Part shown: positions 51,176 to 62,317 of the stretch, one piece after another
Position numbering within the stretch: the first letter of the stretch is position 1
Layout: each line of letters opens with the position of its first letter
Origin: Candidatus Limnocylindrales bacterium
GTDB taxonomy: Bacteria > Chloroflexota > Limnocylindria > Limnocylindrales > CSP1-4
Length of the DNA stretch: 62,317 nucleotides
NCBI GenBank assembly: GCA_046707905.1
Contig: JBKKDM010000212.1
Span: 1 to 62,317, forward strand
Direction: 5' to 3'
Position numbers and translations under genes: made by a program
Notes under the pieces: generated by a model
The model's input: the letters and a program-made list of their open reading frames with translations, nothing else
Told to the model about the DNA's origin: nothing
Database searches by the model: none

Positions 51176-51932
51176 GGTCGACAACCTCCCGCGCGAGCTC
51201 GCGGTATGTCCGAGCCGCGTCCGTGTTCGTGGCATAGGACGTGATCGGCCGCCCAACCAGCGGCGCCTCGCCGAGCTTGACCGTGTTCCGGATGATCGCG
51301 TTGAACACGTGGTGGTCCCCGACGACGCGAAGCTCGTCAAGCATGTCCTTCGCGAGGTTCGTGCGACCGTCGAAGAACGTCGGCAGCAGCCCCAGGATCT
51401 TCAAGCGGCGGTTCAGCTTGAGCCGGATGGTGTTGATCACCTTGACGAGGTTCGTCAGGCCCTTCATCGCGTAGTACTGCGTCTGGACCGGGATGATCAC
51501 GCCGTCCGCCGCCACCAGGCCGTTGACGGTGAGCAGACCGAGGTTCGGTGGGCAGTCGATCAGCGCGTAGTCGTAGCGCTTGCGCAGCTTGCCATCGAGC
51601 GAGTCGCGGAGGAGCGATTCCCGGCCGAGCATGGTGAACAGCTCGCCCTCGGTCGCCGCGAGGTCGATGTGCGCCGGCGCGCAGTCGATCCCTTCGGTCT
51701 CGGTCGCGCGGATGATCTCGTCGATCGTCGAGCGGCCGACGAGCACGTCCGCCATCGAGATCTCGACGGTGTTGAGATTGATGCCCAGGCCTGCCGTGAG
51801 GTTCGCCTGCGGGTCCATGTCGATGCACAGGATGCGCAGGCCGTCCTCGGCCAGCGCGCCCGCGAGATTGATTGCCGTCGTGGTCTTGCCGACCCCGCCC
51901 TTCTGATTGGCAATCGCGATCACATTCGTCAC
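51162..51932 (-). CDS. parA: ParA/Soj ATPase (GTG start)
   Basis: [10 protein letters not shown] deviant Walker A, DMDPQAN, IDCPPNL. Confidence 0.94.
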   Translation of the reverse strand: MTNVIAIANQKGGVGKTTTAINLAGALAEDGLRILCIDMDPQANLTAGLGINLNTVEISMADVLVGRSTIDEIIRATETEGIDCAPAHIDLAATEGELFTMLGRESLLRDSLDGKLRKRYDYALIDCPPNLGLLTVNGLVAADGVIIPVQTQYYAMKGLTNLVKVINTIRLKLNRRLKILGLLPTFFDGRTNLAKDMLDELRVVGDHHVFNAIIRNTVKLGEAPLVGRPITSYATNTDAARTYRELAREVVDLGQN

Positions 51933-52059
51933 CGGGGCCTCACCTCGTTCCCTCGCGATGGCGCTGTCTGGGGGCACTCAACGGCGACAAACTGGCCGTG
52001 GCGCAGGCCCCGTCACCGCGTCGATCGTAGCGCAGCGAGGACCGTCCGGCGCCCTTGAC

Positions 52060-52101
52060 TTATCCACAGGATGACCGAGTTGTGCACCGAAGTGTGGATT
52101 A
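52060..52101. promoter_or_regulatory. DnaA-box cluster upstream of parA
   Basis: TTATCCACA (52060-68, perfect), TTGTGCACC (52080-88, degenerate), TGTGGATTA (52093-101, reverse, 1 mismatch). Confidence 0.7.
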
Positions 52102-52320
52102 GTCGGGTCTCCTGTTCCGGCCAGCGGGGCGGCGATTTCGACTGATTCGGGAGCTACGACCCGGCATCGCGGTCGATGGATAGAACGCGGCGGCGCACAT
52201 CTAGAATGCCGGGGGGCTGCCGAATCGTTGGTGTCTGTGCGCAAAGACGCATCGCCCCGGACGTCCCGCAGCGCCGCATCACACGCCATCCGCCAAATCG
52301 CATCCGTCGAGGAGCCTGCC

Positions 52321-53874
52321 GTGCCGACGAACGACGAACGCCTCCGTCGCCTGGACGAGCTGCGGGCCGAGTCGAAGCTCGGCGGTGGTGTGACCCGAAT
52401 CGAGCGCCAGCATGCGATGGGCAAGCTGACGGCGCGTGAGCGGCTTGACCTGCTGCTGGACCCGGAGTCGTTCGTCGAGCTGGACGCCTTCGTCACGTCG
52501 CGGACCAACGCCTTCGACGGCACCAGCGAGCGCTTCCTCGGCGACGGCGTGGTCACCGGCCACGGCATGGTGGACGGTCGGCTCGTCTTCGTCTTCAGCC
52601 AGGACTTCACGGTGTTCGGCGGCTCGCTGTCCGAGGCCTATGCCGAGAAGATCTGCAAGGTCATGGACCTCGCGATGAAGGTCGGCGCCCCGGTCATCGG
52701 CCTGAACGATTCCGGTGGCGCGCGCATCCAGGAAGGCGTCGTCTCGCTGGGCGGCTACGCGGACATCTTCCTGCGAAACGTCCTGGCGTCCGGCGTCATC
52801 CCCCAGATCTCCGTGGTCCTGGGGCCCTGCGCCGGGGGAGCGGTCTACTCGCCCGCGATGACGGACTTCACGATCATGGTCGAGGGCACGAGCTACATGT
52901 TCGTCACGGGCCCGAATGTCGTGAAGGCCGTGACGCACGAGGTCGTCGACAGCGAAGCGCTCGGCGGCGCGAGTGTTCACACGACGAAGAGCGGCGTCGC
53001 GCATCTCGCGGCCCACGACGAGGGCGAGGCGCTGGAGTCGGCCCGGCGCCTGCTGGCGCAGCTGCCACAGAACAACCTGGAGGCGCCGGCCGTTCTCGTC
53101 ACCTCCGACCCCGCAGACCGCATGGATGCCGCCCTCGACACCATCGTCCCCGACGATGCCAACCGGCCCTACGACATGCACGACGTCATCTCGCGCATCG
53201 TCGACGGCGGCAGCTTCCTCGAGATCCAACCGGGCTGGGCGGCGAACATCATCGTGGGCTTCGCGCGGTTTGCGGGTCGAAGCGTCGGGATCGTCGCGCA
53301 GCAGCCGTCGGTGCTGGCCGGTGCGCTGGACATCGATGCGTCCACCAAGGCCGCTCGATTCGTCCGGACCTGCGACTGCTTCAACGTCCCCCTGCTGACG
53401 CTCGTCGACGTCCCGGGCTTCCTGCCCGGGGTGGGTCAGGAGCACGGCGGAATCATCAAGCACGGCGCGAAGCTGCTCTATGCCTACTGCGAGGCGACGG
53501 TCCCGAAAGTGACGGTCATCACGCGCAAGGCCTACGGCGGGGCGTACGACGTCATGAGCAGCAAGCACATCCGCGGCGACATCAACTTCGCGTGGCCCAG
53601 CGCCGAGATTGCAGTCATGGGCGCGGAGGGCGCGGTCAACATCATCCATAAGGACGAGCTGGCGGCCGCGGACGACGCGGCGGCCGAACGTCGTCGGCTC
53701 GTCGCGGCCTACGAGACGGAGTTCGCGAATCCCTACATCGCCGCCGCCCGCGGCTACGTCGATGACGTCATCCGTCCCTCGGAGACGCGGCCCCGCGTCA
53801 TCCGGGCATTCGAGATGCTGGAGACCAAGCGCGACACCAACCCGCGAAAGAAGCATGGCAACATCCCGCTCTGA
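52321..53874 (+). CDS. pccB: Acyl-CoA (propionyl-CoA) carboxylase carboxyltransferase subunit
   Basis: [46 protein letters not shown]. Confidence 0.92.
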   Translation: MPTNDERLRRLDELRAESKLGGGVTRIERQHAMGKLTARERLDLLLDPESFVELDAFVTSRTNAFDGTSERFLGDGVVTGHGMVDGRLVFVFSQDFTVFGGSLSEAYAEKICKVMDLAMKVGAPVIGLNDSGGARIQEGVVSLGGYADIFLRNVLASGVIPQISVVLGPCAGGAVYSPAMTDFTIMVEGTSYMFVTGPNVVKAVTHEVVDSEALGGASVHTTKSGVAHLAAHDEGEALESARRLLAQLPQNNLEAPAVLVTSDPADRMDAALDTIVPDDANRPYDMHDVISRIVDGGSFLEIQPGWAANIIVGFARFAGRSVGIVAQQPSVLAGALDIDASTKAARFVRTCDCFNVPLLTLVDVPGFLPGVGQEHGGIIKHGAKLLYAYCEATVPKVTVITRKAYGGAYDVMSSKHIRGDINFAWPSAEIAVMGAEGAVNIIHKDELAAADDAAAERRRLVAAYETEFANPYIAAARGYVDDVIRPSETRPRVIRAFEMLETKRDTNPRKKHGNIPL

Positions 53875-55546
53875 GGCGACGCCCGCGGCGGTCCCCGACC
53901 GCCCGTCTTTGCGCAAAGACGGGGGCACGCCACCGTTCCGTCGCCTCCTGATCGCCAACCGCGGTGAGATCGCGGTCCGGATCATCCGGGCCTGCCGGGA
54001 GCTCGGCATCGAGACCGTCGCGGTCTTCAGCGACGCCGACACGCAGGCGGCCCATGTCCGCCTCGCCGACGCCGCCGTCCGAGTCGGGCCATCCGCGCCG
54101 GCCGAGAGCTACCTCAGGATCGATGCCATCGTCGACGCTGCCATCGCCACGGGAGCAGAGGCGATCCATCCGGGCTATGGCTTCCTCGCCGAGCGAGCGG
54201 CGTTTGCCGCCGCGGTCGAGGCGGCCGGCCTGGTGTTCGTCGGTCCGTCCGCGGCGGTCATCGACGCCCTCGGCGACAAGCTCCATGCCCGGCGAACGGC
54301 CAGGGCCGTCGACGTCGAAGCCGTCCCAGGAACCTTGGATCCCGCCCCGATCGACCGGCCGGACCAGGTCGCGGAGATCGTCGCGGAGGCCGAGGCGATC
54401 GGCTTCCCCTTGCTGGTCAAGGCGGCTGCGGGCGGCGGCGGGCGGGGGATGCGGCGGGTCGAGTCAGCGGCGGGGCTGCCGGCCGCGCTGGCCGCGGGCT
54501 CGCATGAGGCGGCCTCGGCGTTCGGCGACGGCTCGGTCTACCTCGAGCGGGAGATCGCTCCGGCGCGGCACATCGAGGTCCAGCTCCTGGGCGACGCCGC
54601 GGGCCGGGTGGTCGCGATCGGCGAGCGTGACTGCTCCCTCCAGCGGCGTCACCAGAAGCTCGTCGAGGAGGCGCCCGCTCCCGGCCTGACCCGCGACGAA
54701 CGGGTCCACCTCCACGACCTCGCGGTCCGGGTCGCGACGGCCGCCGGCCTGCGGAACGCCGCAACCGCCGAGTTCCTCCGCGCGCCGGACGGCCGGTTCT
54801 ACTTCCTGGAGGTCAACACGCGCCTCCAGGTCGAGCACGGCGTGACCGAGCTCGTCTCGGGCCTGGACATCGTCCGCGAACAGCTCTTCCTGGCGGCCGG
54901 CCAGCCGCTTTCGGAGGCCGCCCTGCGCGCGGCGACCGAAGCCGCCGACCCTGCGAGCCACGCCCTCGAGGTCCGGATCTCCGCCGAGGATCCCGGCCGG
55001 GACTTCGCGCCCACCCCGGGTCGCGTGACCCGCTGGGTCATGCCCGGCGGTCCGGGCGTGCGGGTCGACACCGCCATCGAAGCCGGCGATCGCGTTCCCC
55101 CCGAGTACGACAACCTGATCGCGAAGGTCATGGTCCACGGGGGCGACCGGTCGGCTGCCATCGACCGCCTTCGTCGGGCGCTGGACGAGACCGAGATCGC
55201 CGGAATCCAGACGACCCTGCCGTTCCATCGGTTCGTCGCGCGCGACCCGACCTTCCGGTCGGCCGACCTGTCGACGGGCTGGGTCGGGGCCCGCTGGGAC
55301 GGGGCGGGGGAGCAGGCAGCCGCAGCACATCTGGCCCAGGGCGCGGCGGGCCTCGCGGGCCTGGCAGGGCTCGATGGCAGGCCAGCGAACGCCTACGCCG
55401 ACCTGCCTGCCGGCGGTGGCGTTACGGGCGGTGGCGTTACGGGCGGTGCTGGCGACGGCGCCCGAGGGACGGCCCCCGATCCCGCTCGGGATGGCGCCTG
55501 GCCCCGCCGAGGCATCCAGGATGCGGTCGACCGATGGCCTCGATGA
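53855..55546 (+). CDS. Biotin carboxylase subunit
   Basis: [47 protein letters not shown]. Confidence 0.93.
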   Translation: MATSRSEATPAAVPDRPSLRKDGGTPPFRRLLIANRGEIAVRIIRACRELGIETVAVFSDADTQAAHVRLADAAVRVGPSAPAESYLRIDAIVDAAIATGAEAIHPGYGFLAERAAFAAAVEAAGLVFVGPSAAVIDALGDKLHARRTARAVDVEAVPGTLDPAPIDRPDQVAEIVAEAEAIGFPLLVKAAAGGGGRGMRRVESAAGLPAALAAGSHEAASAFGDGSVYLEREIAPARHIEVQLLGDAAGRVVAIGERDCSLQRRHQKLVEEAPAPGLTRDERVHLHDLAVRVATAAGLRNAATAEFLRAPDGRFYFLEVNTRLQVEHGVTELVSGLDIVREQLFLAAGQPLSEAALRAATEAADPASHALEVRISAEDPGRDFAPTPGRVTRWVMPGGPGVRVDTAIEAGDRVPPEYDNLIAKVMVHGGDRSAAIDRLRRALDETEIAGIQTTLPFHRFVARDPTFRSADLSTGWVGARWDGAGEQAAAAHLAQGAAGLAGLAGLDGRPANAYADLPAGGGVTGGGVTGGAGDGARGTAPDPARDGAWPRRGIQDAVDRWPR

Positions 55547-56072
55547 ACCTTCGGGCAACGCTCCGCGGCGCCCTGGAGGACCTCGTCGAGCCACGGGTCG
55601 TCGCACCGGGCGGCGAGACCGGCTCGCTTGAGCCCGCGGGGGAGAGCCGGGCAACGCTCAGGGTCCCGGCGAGCGCCGACGGCCGCACGGCATCCCGGCA
55701 TCAGGTCCTCCTCGTGCCGCTCGATCATCCGGGGCGGACAACGGGCCGACTCATCGAGGTCGTGATCGACGGCTGGCGCTTCGAGGTCGAGGTAGAGTCG
55801 GAGCAGCGAGCTGCCTTGCGCGAGCGCGCCCGGCGCGACCGGGGCGACGCCGGGCACAGCGGCCCCGCCGAAGTGCATGCGATCATCCCGGGCGTGGTGG
55901 TGTCGGTCGCGGTCGCGCCGGGGGATGCCGTCGTCGCCGGCCAGCAGCTCCTCGTCGTCGAGGCGATGAAGATGCAGAACGAGCTCAAGGCGCCGCGAGC
56001 GGGGACCGTCGAGCGGGTCATGGTCGGCCAGCGCTCGACGATCGAGGTCGGCGACCTCCTGGTCGTGATCGA

Positions 56073-56076
<4 letters not shown>
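55534..56076 (+). CDS. Biotin carboxyl carrier protein
   Basis: EAMKMQNE biotinylation motif. Confidence 0.9.
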
Positions 56077-57731
<1,655 letters not shown>

Positions 57732-57753
57732 CGCGGGACGGGGAGGGAGCGAG

Positions 57754-58236
57754 ATGGCGACGCGGCGAGATGAGCGGCCCCCGGTCACGTTCACGCCGCC
57801 AGGCCGGATCCACCACGTCGCGGTCATCGTCAGGTCGATCGACGAGTCGCTCGCGCTGTACCGCGACCTGCTCCGGTTGCCGCTCGAGACGATCATGGAC
57901 ATCCCGCAGGACCGGGTTCGGATCGCGTTCCTGGGCGTCGGCGAATCCAAGATCGAGCTCGTCGAGCCGACCGACGACACGACGGGCGTCGCCCGATTCC
58001 TCGCCAACAAGGGCGAGGGCTTCCACCACGTCTGCTTCGAGGTCGAGGACCTTGCCTCGGAGCTCACTCGTCTCGGCATCGACGGCGTCGAGCTGATCGA
58101 CTCCGCGCCGCGCAAGGGCGCCGAGGGCCCGGTGGCGTTCCTCCACCCGCGCAGCTGCCACGGCGTGCTCGTCGAGCTCATCGAGGCACCCGGCGGGCCT
58201 GCATGGACGAGTTTGGGGTTCACGGTCGCGACGTGA
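57754..58236 (+). CDS. mce: Methylmalonyl-CoA epimerase
   Basis: IHHVAV, KIELVEP, GEGFHHVCFEV, FLHP..GVLVELIE; operon context. Confidence 0.9.
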   Translation: MATRRDERPPVTFTPPGRIHHVAVIVRSIDESLALYRDLLRLPLETIMDIPQDRVRIAFLGVGESKIELVEPTDDTTGVARFLANKGEGFHHVCFEVEDLASELTRLGIDGVELIDSAPRKGAEGPVAFLHPRSCHGVLVELIEAPGGPAWTSLGFTVAT

Positions 58237-58266
58237 GCGGGCAGCCGCCCGAACGGGGCTAGCCGG

Positions 58267-58737
58267 CTACAGCGACCAGGCGAGGATCACCGCGGGTGCG
58301 CGGTCTGCCTCACGGGCGAAGAGGACGATCTCGTGGGCAAACTTGCGGATCGAGGGTTTCTCCTCGCGCGGCAGCTCGCCGACCTCGTCCTCGAGCAGGT
58401 CGATCCACTTGCCGGTGACGGCGTCGAGGTCGCGGTCGTCGAGCATCGCGATCGCCGTGATCCAGCCGGCGTCGACCCGCTCGAGCGTTCGAGCGCCCGG
58501 GTCCGCGGGCCCCTCGAGCTCGGTCCGGGCCTCGAGGAAGTCCATCGGGTCATCGCGGCCGGTGACGACCCGCGCAGCCTGGCTGAAGAGGTCGAGCCAC
58601 GTCGGGTCGACGATGCCGCCGAACGTCAGGTGGGCCCGAAACCTGTCCCGATCGCCGAAGGCGGCGAGGTCGTCCGTCGCCACGACCAGCAGGATCTCGT
58701 CCTGATGGCCGGCGACGAGGTCCATGACGAGGCCCAT
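58267..58737 (-). CDS. Hypothetical protein
   Basis: Protein-like ORF co-oriented after the DinB gene. Confidence 0.7.
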   Translation of the reverse strand: MGLVMDLVAGHQDEILLVVATDDLAAFGDRDRFRAHLTFGGIVDPTWLDLFSQAARVVTGRDDPMDFLEARTELEGPADPGARTLERVDAGWITAIAMLDDRDLDAVTGKWIDLLEDEVGELPREEKPSIRKFAHEIVLFAREADRAPAVILAWSL

Positions 58738-58741
58738 GGCG

Positions 58742-59266
58742 CTACCCGGCCGCCGCGTCCACGGGCTGACTCGCGAGGCCTGGCAGGACCTCCTCCAGGT
58801 ACACGATCAGGTCCAGCTCACCCGGCGATCTCCCGGCCTGGGTCAGCAGGAGCGCGGCCTCGCTCCGGTGCTGGGTGCCGTGGTTCATCAGGTGCGTGAG
58901 CATCTGCCAGATGGCGATGCCCTCGTGCACGTAGGCCAGACCGCCGTCGGTCATCCCGCCGAGGAAGCCGTCCATCTCGACGAACTCGGTCTCCCACCAT
59001 GCGACCAGGGCCGTGGGGTTCGGCAGTGGCTCCTGCTCGGGCCTTGGGGTCGGGCCATCCTCCTCGCCCTCGTCCGCGATCCCCGTCCGCCAGCGTTGGT
59101 GAGCGCCCAGCATGTGGACGAGGATCGAGCCCAACCCGCGCTCGCCGACGACCCCCGTCGCGCCCCACAGCGACTCGTCGACGCCGTCGAGCACGCCCAG
59201 CACCTGGCGGGTGGCCCAGCGGTCGTACGCGAACAGGCCCCGGACGTCGGCGGTGGTCAGCGACAC
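58742..59266 (-). CDS. DinB family protein
   Basis: YDRWAT, ILVHM, HLMNHGTQHRSE. Confidence 0.85.
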   Translation of the reverse strand: MSLTTADVRGLFAYDRWATRQVLGVLDGVDESLWGATGVVGERGLGSILVHMLGAHQRWRTGIADEGEEDGPTPRPEQEPLPNPTALVAWWETEFVEMDGFLGGMTDGGLAYVHEGIAIWQMLTHLMNHGTQHRSEAALLLTQAGRSPGELDLIVYLEEVLPGLASQPVDAAAG

Positions 59267-59267
59267 G

Positions 59268-60152
59268 TCAGTCCCGGTAGCCGGCGTCGCGCAGGAGCTG
59301 CGGCAGCTCGGTCGGGGAGCCCGCGACCCGGAAGCCCGCCGCCTCGAGCGCTGCGACCTTGGAGGCCGCCGTCCCGGCGCCGCCCGAGATGATCGCCCCG
59401 GCATGGCCCATCCGCTTGCCTTCCGGCGCGGTCCGGCCCGCGATGAACGCGGCCTTCGGCACGGAGGCGAGGTTCGTCGCTGCCCAGGCCGCCGCCTCTT
59501 CCTCCGCGGCACCGCCGATCTCGCCGATCAGCACGATCGCGCCCGTGGCGTCGTCGGCGGCAAAGAGCTTGAGCACGTCGAGGAAGGTCGAGCCGATGAT
59601 CGGATCGCCCCCGATCCCGACGCACGTCGACTGGCCGATCCCGGCATCGCTCATGGCCTGGACCGCCTCGTAGGTGAGCGTGCCCGAGCGCGAAACGACG
59701 CCGACCGAGCCCTCGCGATGGATCGACCCCGGGATGATCCCGACCTTGGCCTCGCCAGGCGAGGTCGCTCCGGGGCAGTTGGGCCCGATCAGGCGCGCTC
59801 CCGCCGCGGCAACGGCCGCGACCACGGGAACCATGTCCAGCGCCGGGATGCCCTCCGTGATGCAGAAGATCGTCTCGATGCCGGCGGCGGCCGCCTCGAG
59901 GATCGCGTCTGGGGCGCCACCCGCCGGAACGAAGATGCAGGAGGCGTTCGCACCAGTCTCGCTGACCGATTCGGAGACGGTGTCGAAGACCGGAACCGAG
60001 TCATCCAGCGCCGTCTGACCGCCCTTGCCGGGCGTGACGCCCGCCACGACGGCCGTGCCGTAGGCCTGCATCGCCCGGGCGTGGAACTCGCCCTCCCGCC
60101 CCGTGATCCCCTGGACGACGAGCCGCGTCTCCTTGCCGACGAGGATGCTCAC
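59268..60152 (-). CDS. sucD: Succinate-CoA ligase alpha subunit
   Basis: [36 protein letters not shown]. Confidence 0.96.
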   Translation of the reverse strand: MSILVGKETRLVVQGITGREGEFHARAMQAYGTAVVAGVTPGKGGQTALDDSVPVFDTVSESVSETGANASCIFVPAGGAPDAILEAAAAGIETIFCITEGIPALDMVPVVAAVAAAGARLIGPNCPGATSPGEAKVGIIPGSIHREGSVGVVSRSGTLTYEAVQAMSDAGIGQSTCVGIGGDPIIGSTFLDVLKLFAADDATGAIVLIGEIGGAAEEEAAAWAATNLASVPKAAFIAGRTAPEGKRMGHAGAIISGGAGTAASKVAALEAAGFRVAGSPTELPQLLRDAGYRD

Positions 60153-61327
60153 GCGGCGCGCGCCTTGCGGGCCGCGGCGACCGCCTTCTCGGCGGCTTCG
60201 TCCAGCGACGCCGCGGTCTCGAAGTGGGCCTCCTCGAGCAATCGCGCGGCCTCCTCGGCGTTCGTCCCGACGATCCTCACGACCATCGGCACGTCTCGCG
60301 TCTGGACCTTGCGGGCCTCGATCAGCCCGAGGGCCACCTCGTCGCCGCGGGTGATGCCGCCGAAGATGTTGACGAGGATCGCCTCGACCTTGGGCTCGGC
60401 CAGGATCAGGCGCATCGCGGCGGCAACGCGCTCGGCTTTCGCCCCGCCGCCGATGTCCAGGAAGTTGGCGGGCTCGCCGCCGGCGCGCTTGACGAGGTCC
60501 ATCGTGGTCATCGCGAGGCCGGCGCCGTTGACCATGCAGCCGATCGTGCCGTCGAGGTGGATGAAGCTGATGTCGTGGCGGCGTGCCTCGGCGTCCGCCG
60601 GGGCCTCCTCGTCCGGGTCGCGGAGGGCCTCGTGGTCCGGGTGCCGGAACAGCGCCGAGTCGTCCAGGGTGATCTTGGCGTCGAGGCAGACGAGCTGCTC
60701 CTCCGCACCGCCGACGCCGCCGCGGATCACGGCCAGCGGGTTGATCTCGACGAGGTCCGCGTCGTTGGCGAGCATCGTCCGCACGAGGCCCTTGGCGATC
60801 GCGACCGCCGCCTTGAGGTGCCCGCCCAGGCCCATCCGGAACGCCAGCTCGCGCGCCTGCCAGTCGCGCAACCCGAGCACGGGGTCGGCATGGACCCGGA
60901 CGATCGCGTCCGGGTTGTCCACGGCGACCTGCTCGATCTCGACGCCGCCCTCGGCGGAGCCCATCAGGAGGATCTGCCGGGCCGCCCGGTCCAGGACGGC
61001 GGCGAGGTAGTACTCCTTGACGATGTCCGCGGCGGGGGCCACCAGGACCTTGCGGACGGTGATGCCCTTGATCTGCATCCCGAGGATCGCGTCGGCGACG
61101 TGTTCGGCCTCGTCGTCGGAGGAGGCGAGCTTCACGCCGCCCGCTTTCCCTCGTCCGCCGACCAGCACCTGGGCCTTGATCACGACCTGCGAGGCGCGCC
61201 CGGCGCCGTGGAGCAGCCGCGAGGCAGCGGCACGCGCCTCGGTGGGGGAGCGGGCGACCTCCCACGGCGGCACCGGCAGGCCCTGCGCGAGCAGGAGCTT
61301 CTTGGCGTCGGCTTCCTGGATCTTCAT
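60149..61327 (-). CDS. sucC: Succinate-CoA ligase beta subunit
   Basis: [44 protein letters not shown]. Confidence 0.96.
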   Translation of the reverse strand: MKIQEADAKKLLLAQGLPVPPWEVARSPTEARAAASRLLHGAGRASQVVIKAQVLVGGRGKAGGVKLASSDDEAEHVADAILGMQIKGITVRKVLVAPAADIVKEYYLAAVLDRAARQILLMGSAEGGVEIEQVAVDNPDAIVRVHADPVLGLRDWQARELAFRMGLGGHLKAAVAIAKGLVRTMLANDADLVEINPLAVIRGGVGGAEEQLVCLDAKITLDDSALFRHPDHEALRDPDEEAPADAEARRHDISFIHLDGTIGCMVNGAGLAMTTMDLVKRAGGEPANFLDIGGGAKAERVAAAMRLILAEPKVEAILVNIFGGITRGDEVALGLIEARKVQTRDVPMVVRIVGTNAEEAARLLEEAHFETAASLDEAAEKAVAAARKARAA

Positions 61328-61457
61328 GGGATGGCGATGGTACGCGCCGAACCGGTGCCGGGCCGATTCCGGAACGACGCGGTTCGCCGGCTCGCCATAC
61401 CTGTCAGGCCTCACCACTTGGGTGACGGAATCGACCTCGACCTGACAGGAGCTGACC

Positions 61458-62312
61458 ATGCGTCGTTCGATCGTTCTCGCGCTCGTGTCCGGGTTGATCG
61501 CGGGTTGTGGCCAGGCCTCGGGCCCGGCGACCCTGGCCCCGACGCCATCGGCGGCGCCGCCCGCGCAATCGGCATCCCCAGCGACGCCCGGCCCCACCAA
61601 GCTGGTGATCGCGACCGAGACGATCGGTCCGGCGCCCGCCGGGTCCATCGTGTTCATGCGCCCGGGTCCCGATGGCCGGTTCCAGACCTGGACATCGTGC
61701 GTGGACCTGACCCGCGCCGTCCGCGTTCCGACCGCTCCGGGCCGCGAGGCTGGCTGGGCAACCTGGTCACCCGACGGGGCGCGGATCGCGTTCAACGCCA
61801 ACTTCGATGATCCCGACCTCGATGACGGATTCGAGATCTGGGACGTCTACACGATGGACCCCGACGGGGCGAACGTCGTTCGTCTCACGCACTCGCCCGG
61901 GCTCTACGGGGACCCGGCGTACTCACCCGACGGAACGCTGATCGCCTTCGACTCGACGGTGCCTGGCAGCGAAGGCGTGTACGTGATGAGCGCGCTTGAC
62001 GGCAGCGATCTGCGCAAGGTGACCGGCCTCCCCGACGGCGTCACGGTCGTCTATGCACCGCGCTTCTCGCCCGACGGGACCGAGCTCGTCTTCACGGGTG
62101 TCTTCGATGAGCGCTCCGGGGCGCTGTACGTGGTCGGCCTGGATGGGTCCGGACTGCGGCGGATCACTCCGGGGACCTTGTCGCCAGACAAGGCGGCGTG
62201 GTCCCCGACGCGCGGCGAGATCGCGTTCGATGCGAGCTCGGCGGCCTTTCCGTACCAGAGCCTGTGGACCGTCCACTCCGCCGGGACCGGGCTGACCCAC
62301 CTCATGGCCTGA
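61458..62312 (+). CDS. TolB-like PD40-repeat lipoprotein
   Basis: Lipobox LIAGC; WSPDG/YSPDG/FSPDG/WSP repeats; AGGAG RBS. Confidence 0.82.
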   Translation: MRRSIVLALVSGLIAGCGQASGPATLAPTPSAAPPAQSASPATPGPTKLVIATETIGPAPAGSIVFMRPGPDGRFQTWTSCVDLTRAVRVPTAPGREAGWATWSPDGARIAFNANFDDPDLDDGFEIWDVYTMDPDGANVVRLTHSPGLYGDPAYSPDGTLIAFDSTVPGSEGVYVMSALDGSDLRKVTGLPDGVTVVYAPRFSPDGTELVFTGVFDERSGALYVVGLDGSGLRRITPGTLSPDKAAWSPTRGEIAFDASSAAFPYQSLWTVHSAGTGLTHLMA

Positions 62313-62317
62313 GTCTT

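Noticed and set aside
52000-52220. Chromosomal oriC
   Set aside because: Only about three boxes, no AT-rich unwinding element and no dnaA/dnaN nearby
55412-55448. 15-bp tandem repeat GGCGGTGGCGTTACG
   Set aside because: In-frame linker duplication (GGGVT) in the biotin carboxylase tail; unremarkable

Overview
High-GC bacterial chromosome segment, probably Chloroflexota (inferred from the RpoD, DnaG and ParAB style; not verified). From left to right it holds a pirin gene, then an L-arabinose/beta-L-arabinofuranoside cluster (araB, araD, GH127, araA, sugar ABC, LLM oxidoreductase, NAD epimerase, LacI with candidate operators). Next come AhpD-like and RnfD/NqrB-like genes, dnaG-rpoD, and an XRE-HTH/PD-(D/E)XK-like gene next to short pseudo-palindromic repeats. 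A ~10 kb element is integrated at tRNA-Asn(GTT) and bounded by an exact 35-bp attL/attR repeat (25473-25507 / 35513-35547). It encodes a tyrosine integrase, a translationally coupled phage-like operon (replication initiator with pentamer repeats, Zn fingers, an apparent stand-alone prohead protease but no capsid, portal or terminase), a ParB-like protein, an OB-less ATP-dependent ligase domain and an MTase-Mrr-like fusion. After it come stress and envelope genes (msrB, msrA, ECF sigma/anti-sigma, PspC), parAB preceded by DnaA boxes, a propionyl-CoA carboxylase/methylmalonyl-CoA mutase/epimerase operon converging on sucCD, and a PD40 lipoprotein. Four genes show single-base frameshifts, most likely assembly errors. 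The best novelty candidates are the satellite-like element and the repeat-flanked HTH-nuclease gene. All calls come from motif recognition by eye; no searches were run.
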